DNA from: Candidatus Falkowbacteria bacterium
GTDB lineage: Bacteria; Patescibacteriota; Patescibacteriia; Patescibacteriales; WJLG01
Assembly: GCA_963747695.1 (NCBI GenBank)
Contig: CAVVFV010000010.1
Coordinates: 133,618 to 197,617 of the forward strand
DNA length: 64,000 bases
Reading direction: 5' to 3'
Below the pieces are notes generated by a model, which was given only the letters and a program-made list of their open reading frames with translations, was not told the DNA's origin and did not search any database. The translations under genes and the position numbers were made by a program. Shown here piece after piece: positions 17,583 to 26,294 of the stretch (positions are counted from its first letter, which is position 1; each line of letters opens with the position of its first letter).

Positions 17583-17661
17583 TGTCATTCCCGCGAAGGC
17601 GGGGATCCAGAATCGTTCGTAATGGATAATTTTACTGGATTCCCGCCTTCGCGGGAATGAC
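17583..17661. repeat. TGTCAT-terminated palindromic mini-element, family A (27-bp inverted arms TGTCATTCCCGCGAAGGCGGGGATCCAG / CTGGATTCCCGCCTTCGCGGGAATGAC)
   Basis: Read directly. Ends 5 nt before the rnhB ATG. Confidence 0.8.
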
Positions 17662-17665
17662 CTGA

Positions 17666-18313
17666 TTGATCATGCTTAATCTGAAAAAGGAAAATTCGCT
17701 GTTCGCCGCCGGTTTCAAGCTGATCGCCGGGATAGACGAAGCCGGCCGGGGACCGCTGGCCGGACCGGTGGTCGCGGCCGCGGTCGTTCTTGATGCCGCC
17801 GCTGCCGAAAAAATTTCCCAGATCAAAGAGTTCAAAAAACTTAAGGACTCAAAATTATTGCCGGCGAAAAAGCGCGAAGAATTTTTTGAGCTGATCATGA
17901 ATAATTTCACGGCGGTCAGCGTCGGCGTTTGCGATCATGAGACGATCGACCGGGTCAATATTTATCAGGCGACTTTTCTCTGCATGAAAAAAGCTTTGGG
18001 CGATCTGAAAATCAAACCGGATTATGTGATGCTCGACGGCCGCGCTGAAATTCCTAATTCCTCGCTCAAGCAGGAAAGCATCGTTGACGGCGACAATCTG
18101 GTTTTTTCCATTGCCGCCGCCTCGATTATCGCCAAAGTCACTCATGACCGGCTGATCGCCCAGCTGGCTAAAGATTACCCGCAATACGGATTTCAAAATC
18201 ATAAAGGCTATGGCACCAAGGAACATCTTGCCGCTCTCAGAAAATTCGGGCCGACGCCGTTTCACCGAAAAAGCTTCGGCCCGGTCAAAGATCTACTCCA
18301 AAAAACGCCTTAG
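17666..18313 (+). CDS. rnhB: Ribonuclease HII
   Basis: IAGIDEAGRGPLAGPVV, ..DSK.L.., SIAAASIIAKV. Confidence 0.9.
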   Translation: MIMLNLKKENSLFAAGFKLIAGIDEAGRGPLAGPVVAAAVVLDAAAAEKISQIKEFKKLKDSKLLPAKKREEFFELIMNNFTAVSVGVCDHETIDRVNIYQATFLCMKKALGDLKIKPDYVMLDGRAEIPNSSLKQESIVDGDNLVFSIAAASIIAKVTHDRLIAQLAKDYPQYGFQNHKGYGTKEHLAALRKFGPTPFHRKSFGPVKDLLQKTP

Positions 18314-18341
18314 CCGGGCGTTTTTTTAAATAATCGTCTAT

Positions 18342-18370
18342 TTGACAATTCATATAAAATCTGCTATTTT
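18342..18370 (+). promoter_or_regulatory. Sigma-70-like promoter with extended -10 (TTGACA-17-TATTTT, TGC immediately upstream of the -10)
   Basis: Read directly. It shows the track's TTG start at 18342 is actually the -35 hexamer. Confidence 0.55.
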
Positions 18371-18446
18371 AATCATTATTATAAACATTCTGTTTATACT
18401 AAAATACTCATTAAAACTGATCTTTACAATAACCTTGGAGGAAAAA

Positions 18447-19241
18447 ATGGTAGATCTCTTGGCCTTTACCAAGATTTTTTTGTTAAGCACGTCCATCGAT
18501 ATGGGCGTGATGCCGGGACATGATATGACCATGTATGATGCCGTAACTACTCAAAACGGATCGTTGCGAGTAAACCAGGCTTTCTACACGGATTACTCGA
18601 CGGATTTATGCATCAGTAAGTACTTTTGCGCCTCCGGAGGAATGCGCTGCTATTTCTTTTCAGAGCGCGCTTCCATCCTCGAATTTTATCCGTTCCGAAT
18701 GGACTTCCATTTCGGGGGCTCTCTGATGTACAAGATTTTCGAAGTCGGAATAAAACACGAGTGTGATCATCCGATAGCACCCAGCGCCAACCACTGCCCT
18801 TTGCCCGAGATTGATTTCCATCAGGATCGATTTTACGGAAAAGCCGTGATCGACGAAAATATTTCACGGATTTTCAATCTCCGCCTTTCTCTTGAAGCCG
18901 GCTTCGTACCCGCCTACAATGTTTACGTCTACCAGAAAATGGACGAGCAAGATTCCATCCCGATCCATCAGACCTTCTATCCTGATCTGCAAACCAAGAT
19001 CGGAATAACCAAGTTCGGATTTATCGGCAGCGGGATCAAGTGCTACTTGCCCAACAAGCGCCAACCCTTCGACTTCAATCTTGGCACCGGGCTAAGATAC
19101 AAGAACGTTGAACTGGGATGGAAATACGGCCGCGACAAACCAATGGCAGCCGACGGATCGGAGCTCCCTCTCCCCCGGCTCGATTCCCGCAAGCATGAAT
19201 TTTATCTTTGCGCCACCCTGGGAAAATCGTGGCGGAAATAA
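18447..19241 (+). CDS. Hypothetical protein with an internal two-fold duplication (beta-rich, aromatic-rich)
   Basis: ATG 18447 is preceded by GGAGG. The halves QAFYTDYSTDL..CYFF..PLPEIDFHQDRFY and QTFYPDLQTKI..CYLP..PLPRLDSRKHEFY align. Confidence 0.6.
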   Translation: MVDLLAFTKIFLLSTSIDMGVMPGHDMTMYDAVTTQNGSLRVNQAFYTDYSTDLCISKYFCASGGMRCYFFSERASILEFYPFRMDFHFGGSLMYKIFEVGIKHECDHPIAPSANHCPLPEIDFHQDRFYGKAVIDENISRIFNLRLSLEAGFVPAYNVYVYQKMDEQDSIPIHQTFYPDLQTKIGITKFGFIGSGIKCYLPNKRQPFDFNLGTGLRYKNVELGWKYGRDKPMAADGSELPLPRLDSRKHEFYLCATLGKSWRK

Positions 19242-19248
19242 CCTCTGC

Positions 19249-19282
19249 AAGCCTTGCCCAACCAGCAAGGCTTTTACTTTTT
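19249..19282 (+). terminator. Intrinsic terminator
   Basis: AAGCCTTGC-CCAACCA-GCAAGGCTT followed by a T-rich tail. Confidence 0.65.
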
Positions 19283-19431
19283 CAAATCTGCTTGATCAGT
19301 GGAAACTTTCTTTGTCTCATCAGTAAAATCTCAAGCCAAAACCATCGATCTTTGACAAAAAAATAAAAAAGTGGTATGCTGCCACATAAACTGAACCTTT
19401 GCTCATTTTTTCTTTAACCGAGGATAATCCA

Positions 19432-19827
19432 ATGAAACCGTATTTATTATTAATCCTGTTTGGCCTGCTCGCTTCGGCCTGGTCCGAGCCGCCAAAACTT
19501 GCCAAGCTGGCCGCTCCCCTTTCCTTATCGATTGTCCCGGGAAGTATCAATGCCCCCGCCCCCAAACCGTCGTTCAATTTCAATAATCAGACGGCTGGCT
19601 CAAATGATGAGGGACAAAGTTTCGGCAGTATCGGCGAGTTCGTTTATGGAGCGATCTACTTTTTCAATGAGCTGGCGGAAAAACAGCCTTTTTGGAAACC
19701 GGACAAAGGATTGATCATTCCGCTCTCGATCAAAAAAAATCCCTTACAGGTCATGCCCTCGCTTGACTATGATTCAAGGGACAATCACAAAAACAAATAC
19801 ACTTTGAGGGCCTGCCTCATGTTCTGA
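19432..19827 (+). CDS. Small secreted hypothetical protein (signal peptide MKPYLLLILFGLLASAWS; C-terminal ..LMF)
   Basis: SD GAGGA lies upstream of ATG 19432. TGA stop is followed immediately by a terminator. Confidence 0.55.
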   Translation: MKPYLLLILFGLLASAWSEPPKLAKLAAPLSLSIVPGSINAPAPKPSFNFNNQTAGSNDEGQSFGSIGEFVYGAIYFFNELAEKQPFWKPDKGLIIPLSIKKNPLQVMPSLDYDSRDNHKNKYTLRACLMF

Positions 19828-19828
19828 C

Positions 19829-19863
19829 TACAGGAATTCTCCCCGGATTCCTGTATTTTTTTG
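19829..19863 (+). terminator. Intrinsic terminator
   Basis: TACAGGAAT..ATTCCTGTA followed by T7. Confidence 0.7.
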
Positions 19864-19988
19864 TTAAAATTTAATCTTCTCGACCATCGCAATAGTTTGA
19901 CTTACTCTTTAAAAAGCGGTAGTATTAAAATAATTCTTAGGAATTATTTTATTTTTGGCAAAACCCTCTCTTGCCTTAAATTCAGTAT

Positions 19989-20029
19989 TATTCGTAGATT
20001 CGCATCATTCGCGAAATTAGCATTATATT
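19989..20029 (+). promoter_or_regulatory. Conserved ~40-nt promoter/operator module upstream of infB (three ATTCG direct repeats, then TTAGCATTATATT)
   Basis: TATTCGTAGATTCGCATCATTCGCGAAATTAGCATTATATT. A near-identical copy lies in the same orientation upstream of rpsA. Confidence 0.6.
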
Positions 20030-20040
20030 AATTATTTTGT

Positions 20041-22023
20041 ATGAACGTAACCGAGCTCGCCAGAATTTTAAAGATCACCCCTAATGAACTCCGGGAGAAA
20101 TTGCCGCGGATGGGTTTTGATATCGGTTATCGCGCCATCAAAGTCGATCCGAAAACCGCGCAGATGATCATCCGCGACTGGCCTTTTTTATTGAGAAAAC
20201 TGCAAGCCGAAGATGAAGAAAAAAATAAAGCCAAGCGGGAAGAGATGATCGCCGAAGGCGTGGTCAAAAAAATCGTGCCGATCCCTTCGATTATGACCGT
20301 CCGTGATTTTGCCGCTTTGACGCATCTGCCGGTCAACAAAGTTTTGGCCGAATTGATGAAGAATGGCGTCTTCGCTTCGATGAACGAGCGGATCGATTTT
20401 GACACGGCTTCGATCATCGGTTCATCTTTGGGCGTGGAAGTGACACTCGACGAATCCACCGGGACGGCGGCGCAGGCGGCGGAAGGCGACAAAAAAATCG
20501 AAGAAATCTTGGCGCGCGAAAAAGACAGCAATCTGATCATTCGGCCGCCGGTCATCGTGGTGATGGGCCACGTCGATCACGGCAAAACCAAATTGCTCGA
20601 TACGATCCGCACCACCAACGTCGCCGGCGGCGAACACGGCGGCATCACCCAGCATATCGGCGCTTACCAAGTTGTCAAAAATAATCGCCTGATCACTTTT
20701 ATCGATACCCCGGGTCATGAAGCTTTCACCGCGATGCGTTCCCGCGGCGCCCGCATTGCCGACGTGGCCATTTTGGTCGTGGCGGCCGACGACGGCGTCC
20801 AACCGCAAACCATCGAGGCTTACAAAATAATCCAGGCCGCGCAACTTCCTTTTATCATTGCCATCAATAAAATAGACAAACCGGGCGTGGACATCACCAA
20901 GATCAAGCAGGAAATGGTCAATAAATTGGGAATTCTTCCGGAAGATTGGGGCGGCAAAACAGTCTGCGCGCCGATCTCGGCATTGAAAGGGACAGGCATC
21001 CAAGAATTGTTGGATTTAATTTTGCTCACCGCCGATTCGGAAGCCAAAAGTATGCGCGCCAATCCGGCCGCTCCGGCCTTGGGCACGGTCATCGAATCGC
21101 ATATTGATAAAAATTCCGGACCGTTGGCCACGATCTTAATCCAAAACGGCACGCTGCGGGTCGGCGACCAATTAGTCTTGCACGGCAAAATTTACGGCAA
21201 AGCCCGCGCCCTCAAAAATTACCTGGGCGAGAACGTTCAAGAAGCATTGCCCTCGATGCCGGTAATGATCCTTGGCTTAAAAATGGCGCCGGCGGTCGGC
21301 GATGTCCTGCAAGTCGGCGAAGGCGAACGCATCAAAGGCAAAATCGAGAAGGTCGCGCAAAACCGCAGTTCGATCCAGATGAAAAATGAGAATGAAGGCG
21401 AGACCGACGTGAAAAGATTGAATCTGATCATCAAGAGCGATGTCTTGGGTTCGGCCGAAGCGATCGAGGAATCGCTGATGAAGATCAATACCGAGGAAGT
21501 CAAAGTCAAAATTTTAAATAAAAGTTTGGGAAATATCATCGAGGGCGATATCGCCCGCGCCGAAGCTTCCAACGCCGAGATCATCGGCTTTAACGTCAAG
21601 ATCTCGCCGGCCATCGAAGTTTTGATCCGCGAAAAAGGCGTCAAGGTCCATACGTTCAACATTATTTACGATCTGATCGATTATGTGCAAGAAGAAATGA
21701 AGAAATTGGTGGTTGCTAAATTCCAGCGGGTCGATATCGGACGCGTCAAAGTATTGAAAATTTTCCGCACCGAAAATAAGAGCCAGATCGTCGGCGGCAA
21801 AGTTTTGGACGGTCAGGCGAAAAACGGCGTCCGGGTCGAGATTCTGCGCAACAAAGTGATGGTTGCCCAAGGCAAGATAACTAAATTACAAGCGGGCAAA
21901 ATGGATATGCCGACGGTGGATATCAACCAGGAATGCGGCATGCAATACGAAGGCAAGCCGGTCATCCAGGAAGGAGATATCTTGCAATTTTTTGAAGAGA
22001 AAGAAGTGGCAGCTAAAATTTAA
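20041..22023 (+). CDS. infB: Translation initiation factor IF-2
   Basis: G domain VVMGHVDHGKTKLLD..DTPGHEAF..NKIDK; full-length C-terminal domains. Confidence 0.95.
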   Translation: MNVTELARILKITPNELREKLPRMGFDIGYRAIKVDPKTAQMIIRDWPFLLRKLQAEDEEKNKAKREEMIAEGVVKKIVPIPSIMTVRDFAALTHLPVNKVLAELMKNGVFASMNERIDFDTASIIGSSLGVEVTLDESTGTAAQAAEGDKKIEEILAREKDSNLIIRPPVIVVMGHVDHGKTKLLDTIRTTNVAGGEHGGITQHIGAYQVVKNNRLITFIDTPGHEAFTAMRSRGARIADVAILVVAADDGVQPQTIEAYKIIQAAQLPFIIAINKIDKPGVDITKIKQEMVNKLGILPEDWGGKTVCAPISALKGTGIQELLDLILLTADSEAKSMRANPAAPALGTVIESHIDKNSGPLATILIQNGTLRVGDQLVLHGKIYGKARALKNYLGENVQEALPSMPVMILGLKMAPAVGDVLQVGEGERIKGKIEKVAQNRSSIQMKNENEGETDVKRLNLIIKSDVLGSAEAIEESLMKINTEEVKVKILNKSLGNIIEGDIARAEASNAEIIGFNVKISPAIEVLIREKGVKVHTFNIIYDLIDYVQEEMKKLVVAKFQRVDIGRVKVLKIFRTENKSQIVGGKVLDGQAKNGVRVEILRNKVMVAQGKITKLQAGKMDMPTVDINQECGMQYEGKPVIQEGDILQFFEEKEVAAKI

Positions 22024-22068
22024 ATGCTTATTTAACGCCAAGCTTTTTCTTACATTTTCTTGTCTTAA

Positions 22069-22157
22069 AATGTTATATTGTTATATTGTCATATTGTGGC
22101 GCAACGATTTAAAAACTTTTAACAATATAGCAATATAACAATATTGCAATATATTCC
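22069..22157. repeat. ATATTG-octamer palindromic element filling the infB-rbfA spacer
   Basis: TGTTATATTGTTATATTGTCATATTG-TGGCGCAACGATTTAAAAACTTTT-AACAATATAGCAATATAACAATATTGCAATATA. Confidence 0.8.
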
Positions 22158-22535
22158 ATGCCAAACATCGATCGCCTAAATGAAACTCTGCGCAAGGAGA
22201 TTGCGATGATCATCACCGAGGAAGTGGAAATCCCCGGCGGGTTGATCACTATCACTCATGTCGAATGCGATACCAATTTCTATTCGGCGCGCATTTTGTT
22301 TTCCGTCCTGCCGGATTCGCTGGTCGGCACGGCCTTGGAAAAATTAAGGAAGAATTCCAAGCTGATCGCCGAAGAATTGAAGCATCGCATCAAGATCCGC
22401 AAAATCCCGCATCTCATCTGGGAATTCGATCCCACCGAAAAGCAGGCCGGCGCCCTCGACAAGATATTCGCCGAAGCGGAAAAAGAAAAAAATACTCCGG
22501 ATGAAGAGTTGGCAGACATCAACTATAAATATTAA
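22158..22535 (+). CDS. rbfA: Ribosome-binding factor A
   Basis: RLNETLRKEIAMIITEEV..ITHVECDTNFYSARILFSV..IRKIPHLIWEFD; position after infB. Confidence 0.85.
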   Translation: MPNIDRLNETLRKEIAMIITEEVEIPGGLITITHVECDTNFYSARILFSVLPDSLVGTALEKLRKNSKLIAEELKHRIKIRKIPHLIWEFDPTEKQAGALDKIFAEAEKEKNTPDEELADINYKY

Positions 22536-22564
22536 AAAACTCATCACTATTTTGAAAATAAATC

Positions 22565-22600
22565 GCCGCGGTTTCCTCTTGGGAAACCGCGGCTTTTTTT
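22565..22600. terminator. Intrinsic terminator between convergent genes
   Basis: GCCGCGGTTTCC-TCTT-GGGAAACCGCGGC followed by T7. Confidence 0.75.
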
Positions 22601-22605
22601 GCCTG

Positions 22606-23175
22606 TTAATCGTAATTGCGAACTTCACCGGTCCGCGCGTTGACCGCGGAATAGGCCGGCTTGGCGGCAACTCCTTTGGCCAGCGGACCGCCGGTCTGCG
22701 TCACCAAAAGCAACTGGGGAAATTCCTGATTGATTCTTGCCCAACCGGGATACGCGCCCGCGATTACTTTTCCCGCGATGAATATCGAACTTTTTTGCGG
22801 TGATCCCATATTGCGGCCGTCGTAATAGCCGAATTGCGCGACGACCAGGTCTTTGGAGCTATCGGCCATCCATTGGAAATAATAGCCGCCGCTGGTTGAG
22901 TCGGAAAAAATCACTTCATCCCGATATGACAGAACAATCCGCTGCCCGTTATTCGTAATTTCCAGATCATAATTGCCATATTTCCCGTTATGCAACGGCC
23001 GGTCAAGATCGAATCCGGTCGCGTAAAGCGAATCGACTTCGGTGGCAGAGGTCGGCCATTTGGCAACCGCTGTTATGCTTTCAGTTGGCCCGGTCAAATT
23101 TCCGCGACTGCATCCGGCAATAAAAAAAATTGCCGCGACGAGCGCCAATCGAACTGCTAACTTCTTCATGTTCAT
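22606..23175 (-). CDS. Hypothetical lipoprotein (189 aa)
   Basis: Signal peptide plus lipobox FFIAGCS. SD GAAGGGG upstream. Confidence 0.65.
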   Translation of the reverse strand: MNMKKLAVRLALVAAIFFIAGCSRGNLTGPTESITAVAKWPTSATEVDSLYATGFDLDRPLHNGKYGNYDLEITNNGQRIVLSYRDEVIFSDSTSGGYYFQWMADSSKDLVVAQFGYYDGRNMGSPQKSSIFIAGKVIAGAYPGWARINQEFPQLLLVTQTGGPLAKGVAAKPAYSAVNARTGEVRNYD

Positions 23176-23317
23176 GGACTACCCCTTCTTTTTGGTGAAT
23201 AGTTATAAAAAGGACTTTTTTTGTTTGACTTCAAATTTTCCGTTGATAATTAACGTTATTTTATGTATAGCAATTAAACTTGCTTTTGTCAAGGCATAAA
23301 AAACTTCGCCGCCAATT

Positions 23318-23343
23318 AAAAAAGGCCCGCACTGTTGCGAGCC
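23318..23343 (-). terminator. Probable intrinsic terminator after the 270-aa gene
   Basis: On the minus strand: GGCTCGCA-ACAG-TGCGGGCC followed by T6. Confidence 0.5.
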
Positions 23344-23371
23344 TTGTGATGAGGTGAAAAAAGGACGTTAC

Positions 23372-24184
23372 TTACGGTTGCGTGGGCTTGGGCCGCGGAT
23401 TGACGATACCGTCAACTGAGACCGTGCCGATTGCTCCGTAAATAATCGAGATGCTGACGCCGCCGATCTTCGGTCCGACCCAGAGTAGCTGGATCAGCCG
23501 GCCGATGTTCGCGCCGGAGACAACCGTGACCGTGTCTTGTCCGGACCAGAGCAGCGTATCCTGGGTTATCCAGTCGCCGTAGGCCTGAATCAGAATGGTA
23601 TTCAGCGTACCCGATGGCGAGGCGGCCAGATAGTCATAGGCCAGTTTCAAAGTATCGAAACCCGAATTTTTGGCAAAAACCGAGTCCGCCACTTTGACGC
23701 CGTTGACTGTGATCTTGACTTCGGTCATCGAATCGGAAACCGGGAAGATCCGTACCGGCAACTGGGAATACTTGGACGGCAGATTCAAGGTTACGTTCAC
23801 CGTATCGTTTTCGATGACGGTGCAAGTGGTCGAATCGGAATGGATTACCTTGCCATTCACGTCGACTGACCAGGCCTTGACGTTCCAAGGCGTGGCCGTA
23901 ACCCGGAGATCAGCATAGATCTTGTTGATCTGAACCTGCGCATTACCGGAAAGAGGGAAAGAATCACTCCGAGTTCCCTGTCCGGTAGCTGACAATTGCA
24001 GATACCCTTCGCGCAGCTGGATGTTGGCGGCTTTCGCCAGCGATCCGACCGGGCCGACATTGATCAAAGCCGCGACTGATCCGTACCCCGCACCGTTACT
24101 CGCGGTGGGGCTTTTTGAACAGGAGCAGGAGCTGTAAATAACTCCGATCGCTCCGATCAAACAATACAGTAAAATGTTTCTCAC
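23372..24184 (-). CDS. Secreted protein or lipoprotein, distant member of the local paralog family (GTG start)
   Basis: AGGAGGA SD with GTG start. Signal peptide ending SSCSC. Shares ..VGSLAKAANI.. and C-terminal ..WVGP....G.IG.VSVDG.. with the two genes upstream. Confidence 0.7.
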   Translation of the reverse strand: MRNILLYCLIGAIGVIYSSCSCSKSPTASNGAGYGSVAALINVGPVGSLAKAANIQLREGYLQLSATGQGTRSDSFPLSGNAQVQINKIYADLRVTATPWNVKAWSVDVNGKVIHSDSTTCTVIENDTVNVTLNLPSKYSQLPVRIFPVSDSMTEVKITVNGVKVADSVFAKNSGFDTLKLAYDYLAASPSGTLNTILIQAYGDWITQDTLLWSGQDTVTVVSGANIGRLIQLLWVGPKIGGVSISIIYGAIGTVSVDGIVNPRPKPTQP

Positions 24185-24215
24185 ACTTCCTCCTGGAAAA
24201 GATGAAACGGACTAA

Positions 24216-25163
24216 TTACTTCTTCTTCGACAAACCGGACGGAGCTGCGGTTCCATCGACCGTTATCAGTCCGATGGAGCCAACATTGACATTCACCGTT
24301 TTTTTCTGAGTGACATTTCCGGGTCCGACCCAATTTAGCGTAAACGCATAGTTAGTGTCGGCTCCGGCGGTTACGTATGGAATCGTCAACCAGCCAAATG
24401 AAAGCGCCATTGGTATTCCACCCCAAGAACCGCCCACAACTACTTCAATACCCTGTGGTGGCGGATTCCAACCCATGTTGGGGGGGTTATACGCCCTGAC
24501 CGGAAGCCAATCATACCTTAGCTTAACCGTGTCCTGTGCAGTTACGCTTCCGATGGGAAATGTCGTATCTGCAAAAAGATTGTAGGAATAGGCGGGATAA
24601 GGCACGTCAACACTGTCACCATTGAATTGATAAAGTGAGACTTCGTTGGCACTGTCGGAAATACCGCTGATTCTTACCAGCAGCATCGAATAGTCCGAAT
24701 TGACCGACATGTTAACCGAGGAAGTATCGCCCATGACCACGGAAAAATTCGTGGATCCGTTGTGTACCCTTTGCACTACAGAGCTAGTACAGGATGGGCA
24801 ATTTGTCTCATACTGATACTTCTGCGTGGCATAAGTATTCACCTGGATCATCCAATTTTTTGGCGCCAGACTGAACGGCTCCGAAACTGTCTGAGAACCG
24901 CTACCGGAAATCGGAATCATGACGTGAATCGGCACTTCGCCGGTGGCCGTCAGATCCATAGTGAGCGAATCCAGATTGATATCTTTGGCCTGGGCCGCTT
25001 TGGCCAGACCGACTGCGCCGAGTTTGACATTGACGCGGACAAAACCGGTCGCGCTGTTGGAATTTCCGGAATTGGCGGAGAGCGGCATTGATTTGTTGGA
25101 GCAACCAGCTATCAGCCAAACCGCAAACAAAGAAATCGACAAGACAGAAATAAGCCTCTTCAT
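24216..25163 (-). CDS. Lipoprotein, paralog family member (315 aa)
   Basis: Lipobox LIAGCSN. Aligns along its length with 25220-26104 (GAVGLAK, DLTATGE.PIH, YSMLLV, LNW.GPG, VG.IGLIT). Confidence 0.75.
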   Translation of the reverse strand: MKRLISVLSISLFAVWLIAGCSNKSMPLSANSGNSNSATGFVRVNVKLGAVGLAKAAQAKDINLDSLTMDLTATGEVPIHVMIPISGSGSQTVSEPFSLAPKNWMIQVNTYATQKYQYETNCPSCTSSVVQRVHNGSTNFSVVMGDTSSVNMSVNSDYSMLLVRISGISDSANEVSLYQFNGDSVDVPYPAYSYNLFADTTFPIGSVTAQDTVKLRYDWLPVRAYNPPNMGWNPPPQGIEVVVGGSWGGIPMALSFGWLTIPYVTAGADTNYAFTLNWVGPGNVTQKKTVNVNVGSIGLITVDGTAAPSGLSKKK

Positions 25164-25219
25164 CAGATCCTCCTCGAAAAATAGTTAAGGAAAATTTTGC
25201 CTAAACAGTTTGTGAAAAA

Positions 25220-26104
25220 TCAGTTAGGTTTAGGAACTGGTGTGCCGATTGCCGTAATGAGGCCAATCTTCCCCACCGTGACCGTGATTGTCTTGACCTG
25301 CGGTACTCCGCCCGGACCGATCCAGTTGAGATTGAAACTGTACGTCGTATCCTGTCCGGCGATTACTTGCGGAATTTCCAAGGCTCCCCAATAAAGAGGG
25401 ATCCCGGGTGCTCCGTAAGTGCCGCGAATGATCGCCTGCACGCTTTGTTTCTGCATCTGGACGTTCAGATAATCATCGTGAAGCTTGATTGTGTCACTCG
25501 GCCCCATCGAACCGACAGAGAAAGAACTGTCACAGAGCTCGGTCATGCTGTTAGCCGCGTTCAAACTATCGCCCGAATACAAAGTAACGTCGTTGCAACT
25601 GTCCGGAATCGGATTGACCCAGACCAGGAGCATTGAATACTGCGAGCTGACTGCCATATTCACTTTGGCCGTATCGCCAGCCGTCACTGTGAAAGACGTC
25701 GAACCTTGGTGGACTACTCTGGTCTGGAGGAAATTGCCGCACATCGGACATGAGTAATTGACGACCAGGTGCGTGGCATAAGTCTTGACCAGGAGCGACC
25801 ATTGCCGCGGATCAAACGAAAAAGTGCTGTTAACGATTTGCTGGCCATGACCCGACAACGGAAAAACGCGATGAATCGGCGTTTCGCCAGTTGCGGTCAG
25901 ATCAAAGGTCATCGAATCGAGGTTGATGGTGGCGGCTTTAGCCTGCTTGGCCAAACCAACCGCACCCAGATCGATCGTAATCGCCGCGACTCCGCTTCCG
26001 CCGGCCGGATTGACCGAAACCGGGGACATTTTTTGATTGGAGCAACTTGCCACCAACCAAACAGCAAAGAAAGAAACCGCAAACACTGCAACGAGCCTCT
26101 TCAT
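25220..26104 (-). CDS. Lipoprotein, paralog family member (294 aa)
   Basis: Lipobox LVASCSN. GGAGG SD. Paralogous to 24216-25163. Confidence 0.75.
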   Translation of the reverse strand: MKRLVAVFAVSFFAVWLVASCSNQKMSPVSVNPAGGSGVAAITIDLGAVGLAKQAKAATINLDSMTFDLTATGETPIHRVFPLSGHGQQIVNSTFSFDPRQWSLLVKTYATHLVVNYSCPMCGNFLQTRVVHQGSTSFTVTAGDTAKVNMAVSSQYSMLLVWVNPIPDSCNDVTLYSGDSLNAANSMTELCDSSFSVGSMGPSDTIKLHDDYLNVQMQKQSVQAIIRGTYGAPGIPLYWGALEIPQVIAGQDTTYSFNLNWIGPGGVPQVKTITVTVGKIGLITAIGTPVPKPN

Positions 26105-26294
26105 GAGACCCTCCTCTTGGAAAAATGGTGAAAAAACAAAAAGACCGCCTTGGCCTTTCTTCCGCTAATAATTATAAGGAACTAGCAAAAACGACGACAA
26201 AACGAATGATACAATTAAATATAATTTTTGTCAACGGTAAAAAAATGCTCCACACAGTAATAGTGCAGAGCTGGGATGATCGCGATCGACTATC

